A stretch of DNA of 64,000 nt from an uncultured delta proteobacterium (GCA_963745835.1 CAVUZH010000019.1:320001-384000); one strand, 5' to 3'. Positions 21,076 through 33,324 are shown, counted from the first letter of the stretch. Notes: generated from the sequence alone by a model not told the origin. Numbers and translations: made by a program.

Positions 21076-21315
21076 TTAGAGAATGGACGGCCGCGGTCGA
21101 GCAGTTTGCCTCCGGTTTGGCGGCGGCTGATCCTTCGTCTTAGTGATTCTTTTTGCGGTTTCTATCTTCACTGCTGGAAGTCCCAACCTTTTGGCTAGCC
21201 GCGCGCATGAAGAGCACACAACCATATTGAGCAGAACAACGCCCGCCTCTTCCGTGATTACGCGATAGAGTTTTTGCTTTGTAATGTGATTGCAGCGACG
21301 GCAAGTAAACTCCAT
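21076..21315 (-). CDS. Small putative zinc-ribbon protein with basic tail
   Basis: CRRC...CSSC pairs; AAGGAG RBS upstream. Confidence 0.6.
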   Translation of the reverse strand: MEFTCRRCNHITKQKLYRVITEEAGVVLLNMVVCSSCARLAKRLGLPAVKIETAKRITKTKDQPPPNRRQTARPRPSIL

Positions 21316-21458
21316 TAATTATCTCCTTGCAATGCGCGGTAAACGCGCTTGATGATAGTTGATTAAATTCTCAGTGTGTGAAGAGTAAAAACGAAGGTTA
21401 CAGAGCAATACCAGAACGGGCAAGAAAAAAATCGCCGCGATAGTTTATAAATCCTGGC

Positions 21459-21493
21459 TTATCCACAAGGCCATGTGAATAAGTTGTTCATAA
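21459..21493. promoter_or_regulatory. Cluster of three DnaA-box-like 9-mers
   Basis: TTATCCACA (21459-67, +), TTATTCACA (21474-82, -), TTATGAACA (21485-93, -) in an AT-rich intergenic region. Confidence 0.55.
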
Positions 21494-21757
21494 CACCTGT
21501 TTGCTCTGGCTAGACAGTAGCTGCATCGAATTGCCTAAACCATGAGCTAACACAAAGAAATTTTGTTGAAGGATTTTAGCCGGTACGATCACCGTAATCT
21601 CTTGCGAGCCGTCACAGGTTACGGTTTTTCACGATATCGGGGATCATCGACAAATTAGACATCGAATCTTACACGCTCGGCAAAGCGCTATAATGGCGCG
21701 CGTCAGCGGAAGTTTTTTTGGGTACTTATGGACCGTACGCTTCGGCACGTGAGCGCT

Positions 21758-22003
21758 TTAGTATTCTGCCGGCGCGGTTGATGGCTTCACGACCTTCTTG
21801 ACGCCATCGCCAACTGTATTCGCCGCATCGCGTGTTCCGTGCCCGATTTCTTTGGCAACGTCACGAGTGCCGTGACCAATCTCTCGAGTGACATCCCGAG
21901 TTGTGTGACCGATCGTTCGCCCCGCTTCTTTAATGTGAGCACAACCTAATACAAAGCCAGCTACAACAAGTAGCAAAAGAGTTTTCAGGAGATATTCAAC
22001 CAT
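21758..22003 (-). CDS. Small lipoprotein with three 11-aa amphipathic repeats
   Basis: VLGC lipobox; IGHxTRD repeats; GGAGG RBS. Confidence 0.75.
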   Translation of the reverse strand: MVEYLLKTLLLLVVAGFVLGCAHIKEAGRTIGHTTRDVTREIGHGTRDVAKEIGHGTRDAANTVGDGVKKVVKPSTAPAEY

Positions 22004-22215
22004 TGTCCCTCCAAACTCGCCGCAGCGATTTTAGAGGAGCATGATATCACACCTAAAAAATCATTGACGATAAGAGAATCCAGCCGGATCTTATGCCGCC
22101 GCTTGCCACAATCGACAACAACATGACAGAAGTAGGTTGGATTCTACCTTAGCGGATATGCACCGAATTCCGATCAACTACCCAAGCGCCGTGCTAGATT
22201 GGGGTTATCACGGCG

Positions 22216-23325
22216 TCAGTCCAACCAATCGTTCTCCTTGAGCTTTCTCGGCAGATAGGTTTTGGTCAGATACTGAAAATCTTTATTGGCGAGGGCATCG
22301 AGCTCGTACTTAAGGCCAATAGAGAGCATTCCCTTTATTTCGTTCTGCCATTCTTTTTTCTGAAACCACTTGTACTTCAGCAGCTCGCGCGCACGGTTGA
22401 TATCTTTGTCGTTGAGTTTGATCCCAACATTGCGCGGCAGGCCATAGCGGTCGGGGTCGCTGCTCGAGAAACCGATGAACTTCGCCTTCGGGATGGCCAT
22501 TCTCTCGCTTTCGAAAGCTAGATTGATCGAGCCCTGCTTGATGACCGAGTAGATGTAATACCCCCATGGGTCGTTGTCTACGAGAACGTAAACCGGAAGT
22601 TTGTATTCTTGATGGAGCCGCCGCGCCAAGCGGCGCACGCCGCGCGGTGGTTGGCCGTTTCCGGTCAGCAGGATGCAATTGTACCTGCGCCAGAACTTGT
22701 CTTCGGAAAGCCGGTTCCACTGAGTGCCTTTCTCGACAAGCAGGACAAAATCAGCGGTGCATTTGCTGATCTGAATGTATTCCGGCTCGACGATCGAAGG
22801 AACCGAATAACCGCCCTTGCCAAGCCTGGTGCAGTCGACGCGATCGCCGTCATCGACCAGCACTAGCGGTCCCACAACGGTCCCCGAGTTTTCGGCCCGT
22901 ACATGGAGCTCCTCACGGAGCGCTTCCAGAGTGACTTCAAGATCCTCGATCAACGGGTCGGATTCGTTCTGCCCATCGAATGTATTTTCGTGAGAGTTCT
23001 TAATCGTATGCTTCGTGCGGTAATAGATTTCCCGAAGCGAGGTGGTCAGGTTGGCTCGCTGCAGCTCAGCCAAGGCATCGGCAACGAGCACTGTCTGCAT
23101 GAATTTCTTCGCCATGCCGACATTGAAGAACGAGCGCGCCTGCTTGCGCCGGCCCATCTCGATGATGCCGCGTTTCTCGTTAAAATTGACGTTGGCGAGG
23201 CTGCGCACGGGTATTGAAAGGGTCGGATCTTGACTGCGTTGCGCCGCCGTAATCACCGAGTCGGCCACTCCGACGAGCTTCTTCTCCACAACATCGCTAT
23301 GACTTTTTATGCTTTTACGAGCCAT
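22216..23325 (-). CDS. top6A: DNA topoisomerase VI subunit A
   Basis: LREIYY catalytic Tyr, LVEK and DNDPWG TOPRIM motifs, ELDAL. Confidence 0.95.
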   Translation of the reverse strand: MARKSIKSHSDVVEKKLVGVADSVITAAQRSQDPTLSIPVRSLANVNFNEKRGIIEMGRRKQARSFFNVGMAKKFMQTVLVADALAELQRANLTTSLREIYYRTKHTIKNSHENTFDGQNESDPLIEDLEVTLEALREELHVRAENSGTVVGPLVLVDDGDRVDCTRLGKGGYSVPSIVEPEYIQISKCTADFVLLVEKGTQWNRLSEDKFWRRYNCILLTGNGQPPRGVRRLARRLHQEYKLPVYVLVDNDPWGYYIYSVIKQGSINLAFESERMAIPKAKFIGFSSSDPDRYGLPRNVGIKLNDKDINRARELLKYKWFQKKEWQNEIKGMLSIGLKYELDALANKDFQYLTKTYLPRKLKENDWLD

Positions 23326-23333
23326 GTTTTTTC

Positions 23334-25356
23334 CTATCTCTTGCTGCGCTTCGAGCCCGCCGCCGGTTTTTTTGAGGCCGTCCTGGGTTTTCTACGGCTT
23401 TTATTTTTGGAGCCGCTGTGCTGTTTCGGTTTTGCCGGCTTCTTCCTCAGATTTGCCAGAGACTCAGCGCTATCAATCGATTCGACTGCTCCCGCCAACG
23501 GTTCGTCTTCGCGCGCTTCTTCCGGCGGTGCGAGTTCGCTCCTCTCGTCGCCGGCAATCACCGGCGCATCTCCTTCTGTGCCTTCCGGAGTGACAATAAT
23601 GGAAAAAGGAAGACCTTCGGGGCCGACGTTGCGGCCCAGGGCTTCGTCTGTTTTTTGGCCACCAGTGCGTTTGGCGGCAATTTTTTGCAATTGCTCTTTG
23701 AGTTTTTCTTTGGGCAGCTTTCCGCCCTTGAGACGATTACATGCTTCGACAACTTCTTCGATATAAAGCTCGAATATATTGCGTCGGCGGAACTCACTCT
23801 TGGCGTGCTCGCGTCGTCTAAGAAATACTCCGAGCCGCCGACCGCACTCTTGCAGAGCCAGTTTGATTTCCTTTCGGATCTCGTCGTAATCGGCGATAGC
23901 TTCCTTCGATTCGCTGGTGAAAGGGACCCAAACTGACGCCATATGAATGAAGATCACCATCGGACCGGCGGGCAGCGCGCCTCGAGATTGAGGAACGCCG
24001 TAGTTACGCCACGTGGTATCGAGCACGGCCTTGAAGGTCGAGCAGGCGGACTGCTGATACAAGAGCGGCACCCGGTTGGCGTAACGGATCACACGCGCCA
24101 GCTCATTATCGTTGTCTTGCTGCTCCCCTTCAGCGAGTGCAACCCTAGGCTGTTCGGGTTTCTCGGGCGCCTGTTCGGGCGCCTTGCCATAGGCCAGGCC
24201 GGCCTCGATCAAGAAAGGGTTGCCCCGATAAACAGCAGGGGGCCGAGTGACGGCCGTGTAGAATTCTCCTTTGATTTGCTTATAGAGACCATGGAGGATC
24301 GCCCTTTCACCGATCGGCGAGATGCAGTTGCTGGGCGGCGCCATAATCTTGGTCGATTGAATCGCTCTATAAAGAGCCTCGGCGGCGGATCCATGAACAT
24401 TTCGCGGACGAATGCCCGACGACAGCTTTGCTGTCTTGCAGATCTCCTGAGCGAGATTACTCGATACCCGGCTGAAATCGCTGCTCAAAAATCCCGCGAG
24501 CGACTGGCTTTTACTGTCGTGCAGCATCCTCAGTAAAATTCCGAACTCGATGCCGTAGGGGTGCGGCTTGATTTCACGCGGTTGTGGCGGCAGCTCCTGA
24601 ATTGTTCGCGGATACTCTTTAGTTTCGCCCTCCGGAGTCTGATAAACGAGCTTCGACGTGCGGGTTGGCAATCGCGGTCTGCTCTAGATATTCATCCACC
24701 GAAGCCCGTCCTTTTTGATAGCGGCCTTCTATTTCGAGCGTCACCTGAGTGCCGCGATGGTTCTCCCAAGCGATCTTCTTGTTCTCAAAAATCCGGGGCT
24801 CGTTCTTCTTGGTATCGATCTGAACCTCGAAATAATGAGCCGGGGACTTGGCGCTGATGCGGGACGTGATCTGCACCGGTTTGCCGGTGGTGAGTTGCGC
24901 ATACATGCCGGCAGCCGATATGCCGATCCCCTGCTGTCCACGGCTCATGCGCAATCGGTGAAATTTGGACCCGTAGAGAAGCTTGGCAAAAATTTTCGGA
25001 ACCTGCTGGCGGACAATACCCGGCCCGTAATCGATCACGGTGATGCGAAATCGATTGGCCTGGCTCGGTGGCGGCGCCGCATTGCCATTCGGAGCGACCT
25101 CCAGCCTGACAATTACTTCGGGTAAGATGCCGGCTTCCTCACAGGCGTCAAGCGCGTTGTCGACAGCTTCTTTGACGCAGGTGAGCAGAGCCTTTCTTGG
25201 ATTGTCGAAACCCAATAAGTGACGGTTTTTGGTAAAGAACTCGGAAACTGAGATTTCTCTCTGACGTGCGCCCATTTCTACCGCCGATAGCGAGATCTTT
25301 GGCGGACCAGGTGGAACTTCGACTAAGTCAGTGGACTTTACTTGAGCCTTGGACAT
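23334..25356 (-). CDS. top6B: DNA topoisomerase VI subunit B (one +1 frameshift near 24654)
   Basis: EAVDNALDA, DYGPGI, SRGQQGIG GHKL motifs in 5' ORF; KPHP, RYANRVPL, VPFTSESKE in 3' ORF; removing one base gives ANPHV-KLVY. Confidence 0.92.
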
Positions 25357-25734
25357 TTTGATTATTTGCTCCGTGAATCAGAATCGTAGTAGCTGGTTGC
25401 GTTTGAGAGTTGACTACGTTGAAAGCACTCGCGCATCGAACGTAGCGTTACGAATTTATGGATACGGCAAAATTTGGTCAGTAGTGATTGACGCTTGCTA
25501 GTATACCAGACGCGAGACTTTTTTGTACTAGCGGGAATGGAAACAGCGACTTTGATGAGCTTGTTTTAGTTCAGAGATCGAAGGCAAGCCGATGAAAAGA
25601 AAGTTTTATGCGGAAAGAGTAAATTGGGAGATAAAGCTCGCCGGGGCGTAACTTTGCTGGCGCTATCATTTAGCTAGGCACAAGAACTTAGCTAAGCACA
25701 AGATCGGCACAAGAATAGATCGGTGTCCGCCTCT

Positions 25735-26739
25735 TTATTGCCAGCCGTAAAAACGTTTTGCGTTTTCCCCCAAAATTCTATTCTTGGCCTGCTCCGAGAT
25801 GTCCTTCCTGCCGCGAATCGTTGATACGACATACGGAAAGATACCGTCCCAGTGCGGATAATCGGAAGCAAAAAGGACCTTATCATCGCCGATTCGTTCG
25901 AGCACATAGGGAAGGGTCTCTTCTTCGGGCTCGGTGGCGAAAAACAGATTGCCATGCTTTACGTACTCGCTAGGTTTTTGCTTGCATGCGGGCGTTTCCA
26001 CTTTGCCGCGCTTCTCCCATTCCTCATCCATTCGTTCCATCCAATAAGGAATCCAGCCTACGCCGCATTCAAGAAAAGCGATCCGCAGCTTTGAGAAACG
26101 TTCCGGAATGCCACCGTAGATTAGGCCGACAAACTGAATCACCGTCTCCACCGGCCGGCCGATGGTATGCATGAACATGAAGCTGTCGAAGCGGATTTCT
26201 CCGGCCGGGCCGGCGCGCCGGTTATGCACACAGAGCGGAACATTGAGCCGCTGAAGCTCGTCATAAATCGGCCAGAAAATTTGCGAGCCGAGGTGTTCCT
26301 TCATTCCCTGAGTCGCTACCGCGATGGCGGATAGCCCGAGCTTAGTGATCGCCCGGTTTGCCTCTTCGACAGCCGCTGCGGGATCCTGAAACGGCAGCAA
26401 AGCGACGCCTTTTAAGCGCGGCGATTGTCGGCACACTCCGGCGATAAAGTCATTGTACGCGCGCGCATAAGCAACGGCATAATTGCGCTCGATCAACCCG
26501 TTGACAGCAAAGCTGCTCGTGGGAAACAAAACTGAACTATCGATGCCTTCCTTGTCCATGTCTTTGAGTCGGGTGGGCACATCGCAGTCCTCCAACCCGC
26601 CGACCAGGCCGCCCATGCCGGTATCCATGCCGTCGGACGGGAGCAGAGGACGGCCGCGCTTGCTATGCGGCTCGGCTAAATGTTCTCGGACATCGGCGTC
26701 CTTTTCAACGATGTGGCCGTCTGCATCAATGGTATTCAC
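25735..26739 (-). CDS. Amidohydrolase family 2 protein
   Basis: DADGH, AYND, LCVH, FLECGVGW, ASDYPHWD. Confidence 0.9.
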   Translation of the reverse strand: MNTIDADGHIVEKDADVREHLAEPHSKRGRPLLPSDGMDTGMGGLVGGLEDCDVPTRLKDMDKEGIDSSVLFPTSSFAVNGLIERNYAVAYARAYNDFIAGVCRQSPRLKGVALLPFQDPAAAVEEANRAITKLGLSAIAVATQGMKEHLGSQIFWPIYDELQRLNVPLCVHNRRAGPAGEIRFDSFMFMHTIGRPVETVIQFVGLIYGGIPERFSKLRIAFLECGVGWIPYWMERMDEEWEKRGKVETPACKQKPSEYVKHGNLFFATEPEEETLPYVLERIGDDKVLFASDYPHWDGIFPYVVSTIRGRKDISEQAKNRILGENAKRFYGWQ

Positions 26740-26774
26740 GTGACCTCCTGTTCAAATCGAATCAATCCTGGCAA

Positions 26775-27077
26775 TTAGTTTTTGTCTTCGACCCGAAGAG
26801 AACTCAACCATTCTTCATGCACATCAACCCAGATAGAATCTTGATCGCGGCACAAAGAGAGTGCGCTCAAATCGAACCTGACGGTGTAAAGCGGATCGTA
26901 CAGGCCGCGATGATCTTTGGGATTTTCTAAAACACCGTGAACCAAACCAATCACGCCGCGTTTGCCGCGGATATATTCGGGCGTCCGTGGATTGTTCCGA
27001 TGGGCCATTTCCGTAGCGACGACAACCGCGTCGCCAATTTTAAATTTACAATCGCTTGCGCTCATAGGTCTCGTCAA
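26775..27077 (-). CDS. Nitrile hydratase beta C-terminal SH3-like subunit (thiocyanate hydrolase alpha-like)
   Basis: FKIGDAV, RTPEYIRGKRG, PLYTVRF, VDVHEEWL; ATGA overlap with upstream gene. Confidence 0.85.
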   Translation of the reverse strand: MTRPMSASDCKFKIGDAVVVATEMAHRNNPRTPEYIRGKRGVIGLVHGVLENPKDHRGLYDPLYTVRFDLSALSLCRDQDSIWVDVHEEWLSSLRVEDKN

Positions 27078-28147
27078 TCGGGTCGAACTCTCGGCGTCTC
27101 CGGCACTGCTCCGGGCCGCCGCGCTTCGCTTAGCTCGGAAGGTTCCTTTGCTAACCCGGCGCCAATCAAACTGTCGATGGTGACAAGCTTGGCCAGTTCC
27201 TCCGCCGGCATGCCTTCAGTGCCGGCAGGTCGCTTTGGCAAAACAAAATAGCGAACGTCCGAAGTGCTGTCCCACACCCGAATCTCCTGTTCGGCAGGAA
27301 GCTCTAGCGAGAACATCTCCTGGAGCACAGCGCGTGGCGTCTGCACAATTCGTTCTTTATAGATATCATGCTTATACCACCATGGGGTATCGCCGAGAAT
27401 GTCGTACGGATAGCAGGAGCATAAAGTGCAAACGACGACATTGTGAACAGTCTCGGTATTTTCCACAACGCGCAACTTGCCGATCTTGCCCTGGTGCACA
27501 CCCATTTCCCTGAGCGCTTCCCTTCCGCTCGTCAGCAAAGCCTGTTTAAATTCCGGATCTGTCCAGGCTTTGGCGACGATGACCGCGCCGGCCCAGGGCC
27601 GCTCCTCATGAAGTTGCTTCCAGCGCTGCTCTAACTCTTGTCGTGTTGCCCAGTGCCGCTCGATCAGGGCTTGCACGAAAACCTCGAGCAGTTCCTGGTA
27701 ATCTTTTAGATCCTGCTCCAAACTGATCATGCGCTCTTCCAGGGTGCCGTGATGCTCTTTCTTTTTGATCCTGAAAAAATCATCGTAATCGCCGCGCTCC
27801 TTGCGGTTATCTTCGATTACCATGTCCATGCCTTCGACGCTGCGTGAAGAAACAAGCGCGATCCCCTTGACGTACTCGTCGAGCCATTCTTCCAGATAAC
27901 GCACCCGAGCTTCCAAATTTTTGCCCTGAGGTTTTCTCGTCTCGAAGAATTGGTTAGCGCGTTTGAGCGCGGCGCGCGCCTTTAGCAAATCGTAAAACGT
28001 AACGATACCCCGGCGGATGAGATAAATAATGCGCGGCTCCAAACGCTTCGCCCGGTAGTATTCCAAGTCCTCTTCGACGGCGGTGATGTGAGCCTCATAA
28101 TCGTGCATGTGCCCTTCGAAAGGCTTGTGTCCATGTTTGCCTGACAT
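27074..28147 (-). CDS. Co-type nitrile hydratase alpha / thiocyanate hydrolase gamma-like subunit with long N-terminal extension
   Basis: VVCTLCSCYP metal motif (CTLCSC at 27413-27430), VAKAWTDPEFK, RVWDS, RYFVLPKRP.GTEG; 357 aa. Confidence 0.88.
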   Translation of the reverse strand: MSGKHGHKPFEGHMHDYEAHITAVEEDLEYYRAKRLEPRIIYLIRRGIVTFYDLLKARAALKRANQFFETRKPQGKNLEARVRYLEEWLDEYVKGIALVSSRSVEGMDMVIEDNRKERGDYDDFFRIKKKEHHGTLEERMISLEQDLKDYQELLEVFVQALIERHWATRQELEQRWKQLHEERPWAGAVIVAKAWTDPEFKQALLTSGREALREMGVHQGKIGKLRVVENTETVHNVVVCTLCSCYPYDILGDTPWWYKHDIYKERIVQTPRAVLQEMFSLELPAEQEIRVWDSTSDVRYFVLPKRPAGTEGMPAEELAKLVTIDSLIGAGLAKEPSELSEARRPGAVPETPRVRPD

Positions 28148-28260
28148 ATCGATTCTCCGTTACTATTGGTGCTTGGACGAGCTAAGAATATGTCCCGCGC
28201 TATCCATAAGAATGGCGGCTTTTTCTCGGCCTGTTGGGCACCTAATCACTGTAGCAGCCG

Positions 28261-29979
28261 TCAGTGAGTGTCGAAAATCTCCTGGTACTGTTTCAGCTTG
28301 TCTTTGGTAGCGTCGCGCTCCGCGGCGCTTGGCTTTGCCGCATCCGCTGCCGGCGGCAAGCATCCGAATTTCAGGAGACAGGCCATCAACAACAGCCGCG
28401 CTTTAGTAGCGGTAAGATTATTGCCGGCGATGGCTAAAGGGTCTCGTTTGGCGTCGACAAAGCCGCTGGCGTTGCCCCTGCCGACTTTAACCACTGGCAT
28501 GCCGCTAAAAGTGGCTCGTTTGAGGGCCGCATCAACGGAATTGCTCATCGCACCAAAAGGCGCTGAGCCTTCGGCGACAAAACCAGCCAGTGGCGCAGTA
28601 TGCAGGTTCCTGTCGATTCGCGCGAGAATATCGACTTCTTGCTCGGCGCTGCCGGCAGTGTCTTCGGGAAGGTAGCGCGCATGCTTGAGTAGAGTGACCT
28701 TTGGAATTGCTGTCGCCAGCAAATTTCTTGTCCCATCCTTTATTGGCACCGCAATGGTGCCGATATGTGATCCTTGCATTCTGGAACCCTGAACCTGATC
28801 CGGCAGGTGTCGCGTATTCACCAACGAGTTGTGCGTATGCCGCTTGACCGTTTTGAACGAGAACTGCGGCGCGCCGGGATGGCCGATCCTGCCGATAATG
28901 CCGCCATGACCGCCCGTGGCAACGTACCCACCCGGGCGCGCGTCGGCTTTTTGCACGTCGCGCGAGGTGAAAATCTGTTCGTCCAGGATAGCCACGGCGC
29001 CGACGCAATCGTTTCCCGACTCATCAGCCCAAATTCTTGAACTGATATAATCCACCGAATCAACGATGTTGCGATCTCCGTCATTGCCGATGGCGCCATG
29101 CGGCCGTTGGGAAGAATTTCCGACAATAGGCACCGCCGTATCGATCAATAGATTGAGCCAATAAATTGTTTCTTCGACGAATGGGCTTCCCTCCAACCAA
29201 ATGGCGCCAGAATACTTTCCGCTGCTCAGCGCGCCTTGGACGATGTTGGTGACCCGTGCGAGTGCCGACATCGGCGGCTCTTGACGCAAGTACGGCGGTC
29301 GATAAGGAAAAAAATCCGTGCCGCGGATTTCCGGCGCAATCTCGCCGCTTCCCATATCCGTGCGCTCGCCGGCGCTTCGTCCTTTCGCGTACCCGCCGGA
29401 AGGGAGCGCGCGGTAGAAGTCAAACTCGGCCTTGCCGCTAAGCAAACAACCGACGCCCTCCTCGGATATGCCAAGACGATCTATTTCTTCAAACAGCCTG
29501 GCACCGTCGGGGAAAAATGGCACCCGGCAGAGTTCTGCCGGCACATCTTTATCTGTTCCGTCCATTTCCCAGGGCTGGCCATTGGCTTGTCGCGCCATAT
29601 AGGGCAAAGGATAAAGGCCGTCCTCCGGCTTGAGCGTGACTTCATAAACCGGTTTGTCCTCAGGACTCATGCGCTTTTGATGAAAAGCGCCGGCGGCGTC
29701 GAGATAGCCGTCCGGAGGTCCGTAGAGTTCCGCCGAGTCGCGTTCCAGTGGGTGAGCGCTAAATTGTTCGACATAAACAGTCACTGGCGCAGCGAGCCGT
29801 TGCGGCCTTAGAACATCGAAACGAAGGGGAGTACCATCGGGCTGGTTCCGCGGCGATAAACCATATTTCGCACGCGCCTTGTTGCTCGTCACCAATGGCT
29901 CGCTGTTTTGGATGGTCGCCGTCGGTCCTGAAAAAACTGCGATACGAGGCTTTTTACCAGCCTTCATTGGGTCTGCCAC
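28261..29979 (-). CDS. Divergent asparaginase/glutaminase-fold protein
   Basis: FSGPTATI, WLEGSPFVEET, SQRP..DGDRN, RDVQK, NLTATKARLLLM align with the asparaginase motif order. Confidence 0.75.
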   Translation of the reverse strand: MADPMKAGKKPRIAVFSGPTATIQNSEPLVTSNKARAKYGLSPRNQPDGTPLRFDVLRPQRLAAPVTVYVEQFSAHPLERDSAELYGPPDGYLDAAGAFHQKRMSPEDKPVYEVTLKPEDGLYPLPYMARQANGQPWEMDGTDKDVPAELCRVPFFPDGARLFEEIDRLGISEEGVGCLLSGKAEFDFYRALPSGGYAKGRSAGERTDMGSGEIAPEIRGTDFFPYRPPYLRQEPPMSALARVTNIVQGALSSGKYSGAIWLEGSPFVEETIYWLNLLIDTAVPIVGNSSQRPHGAIGNDGDRNIVDSVDYISSRIWADESGNDCVGAVAILDEQIFTSRDVQKADARPGGYVATGGHGGIIGRIGHPGAPQFSFKTVKRHTHNSLVNTRHLPDQVQGSRMQGSHIGTIAVPIKDGTRNLLATAIPKVTLLKHARYLPEDTAGSAEQEVDILARIDRNLHTAPLAGFVAEGSAPFGAMSNSVDAALKRATFSGMPVVKVGRGNASGFVDAKRDPLAIAGNNLTATKARLLLMACLLKFGCLPPAADAAKPSAAERDATKDKLKQYQEIFDTH

Positions 29980-30099
29980 CTAAATCTCCGCTGCTGACGA
30001 ACGTTGGGAGTTGAACGAGTGTGCTCACGGGTCCGGAGCTTTCAAAGCCGATCGCGAGACTCTACTCAAGCTTACCGCAACACCGACCTGGCCAGCAAA

Positions 30100-30693
30100 T
30101 TACTTGAGCTCGTAGGGAATCTGCTCCGGCCCGTAGCCTTGCCAATATCTTTTTGTCGCCGGATCATAGCGTCCCTGTAAGAAACCGCCGGCTTTTTGGG
30201 CCCGGACGATAATCGCAACCGTGCGCTCTTCGCCGCTCTGTTCGGCATGAATCTGAAAAGGCCCGACGAGGTCTACTTTTCCCGGACCTACGTTTACTTT
30301 CTCCGTCTGACGGATATCGGCGTAATCGGATTTTGCGCCATCATCAAGCCGCTCATACCGTTCAATTGACTCATGACCGTCAAGCACCCCATAGAGGGTC
30401 CAGTTGTGCGCATGGTCATGGATCTGTGTTCGCGTCTTTGGGCTCTTTATCAAGCCGTTGATGACGAACTTATACTCCGGATCTTCGTAAAAAAGCAGAT
30501 TTTGCGCGCGCTCATCGCCTTGCCGGCAAGCAGGCCAGTCCTTTGACTGTTCTTTTATCGAGCGATCGCCGATCAAAGCCTCCAGCAAGGGAGTCATCTT
30601 TTTCCATCGCTCGGCAGGATCTTTTTCCTGAGTGAAAAGCTCACGTGCCGATGTGATGAACCGTTGAACTGCAGATTGCGAACTGGAAGTCAT
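30100..30693 (-). CDS. Cysteine dioxygenase-like cupin
   Basis: IHDH..W.LYGVL.G.E and QIH, a 3-His cupin pattern. Confidence 0.75.
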   Translation of the reverse strand: MTSSSQSAVQRFITSARELFTQEKDPAERWKKMTPLLEALIGDRSIKEQSKDWPACRQGDERAQNLLFYEDPEYKFVINGLIKSPKTRTQIHDHAHNWTLYGVLDGHESIERYERLDDGAKSDYADIRQTEKVNVGPGKVDLVGPFQIHAEQSGEERTVAIIVRAQKAGGFLQGRYDPATKRYWQGYGPEQIPYELK

Positions 30694-30783
30694 AAGTCCT
30701 CCTGTGTCCCGGTAACCGTCAAGTAATTATTAGTCAGACTGCCCGCTCCAGGTCAAGGAGAATGGCGCGTTTATCATGGGGAA

Positions 30784-30807
30784 GACAGGGCGGGAGGCCC
30801 GCCTGTC
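30784..30807. terminator. GC-rich hairpin downstream of ahcY (terminator or REP-like)
   Basis: GACAGGGCGGG-AGG-CCCGCCTGTC; weak U tract. Confidence 0.4.
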
Positions 30808-30847
30808 CGAAGCACTGAAGATTGACCTTACGAATTTACCAACGAGT

Positions 30848-33324
<2,477 letters not shown>

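Noticed and set aside
24640-24670. Programmed ribosomal frameshift in top6B
   Set aside because: No slippery sequence or stimulatory structure; a similar indel in putA suggests assembly error.
27074-27077. UGA read-through fusing the NHase-like subunit to the SH3 subunit
   Set aside because: It is an ATGA stop-start overlap in a different frame, which is ordinary translational coupling.
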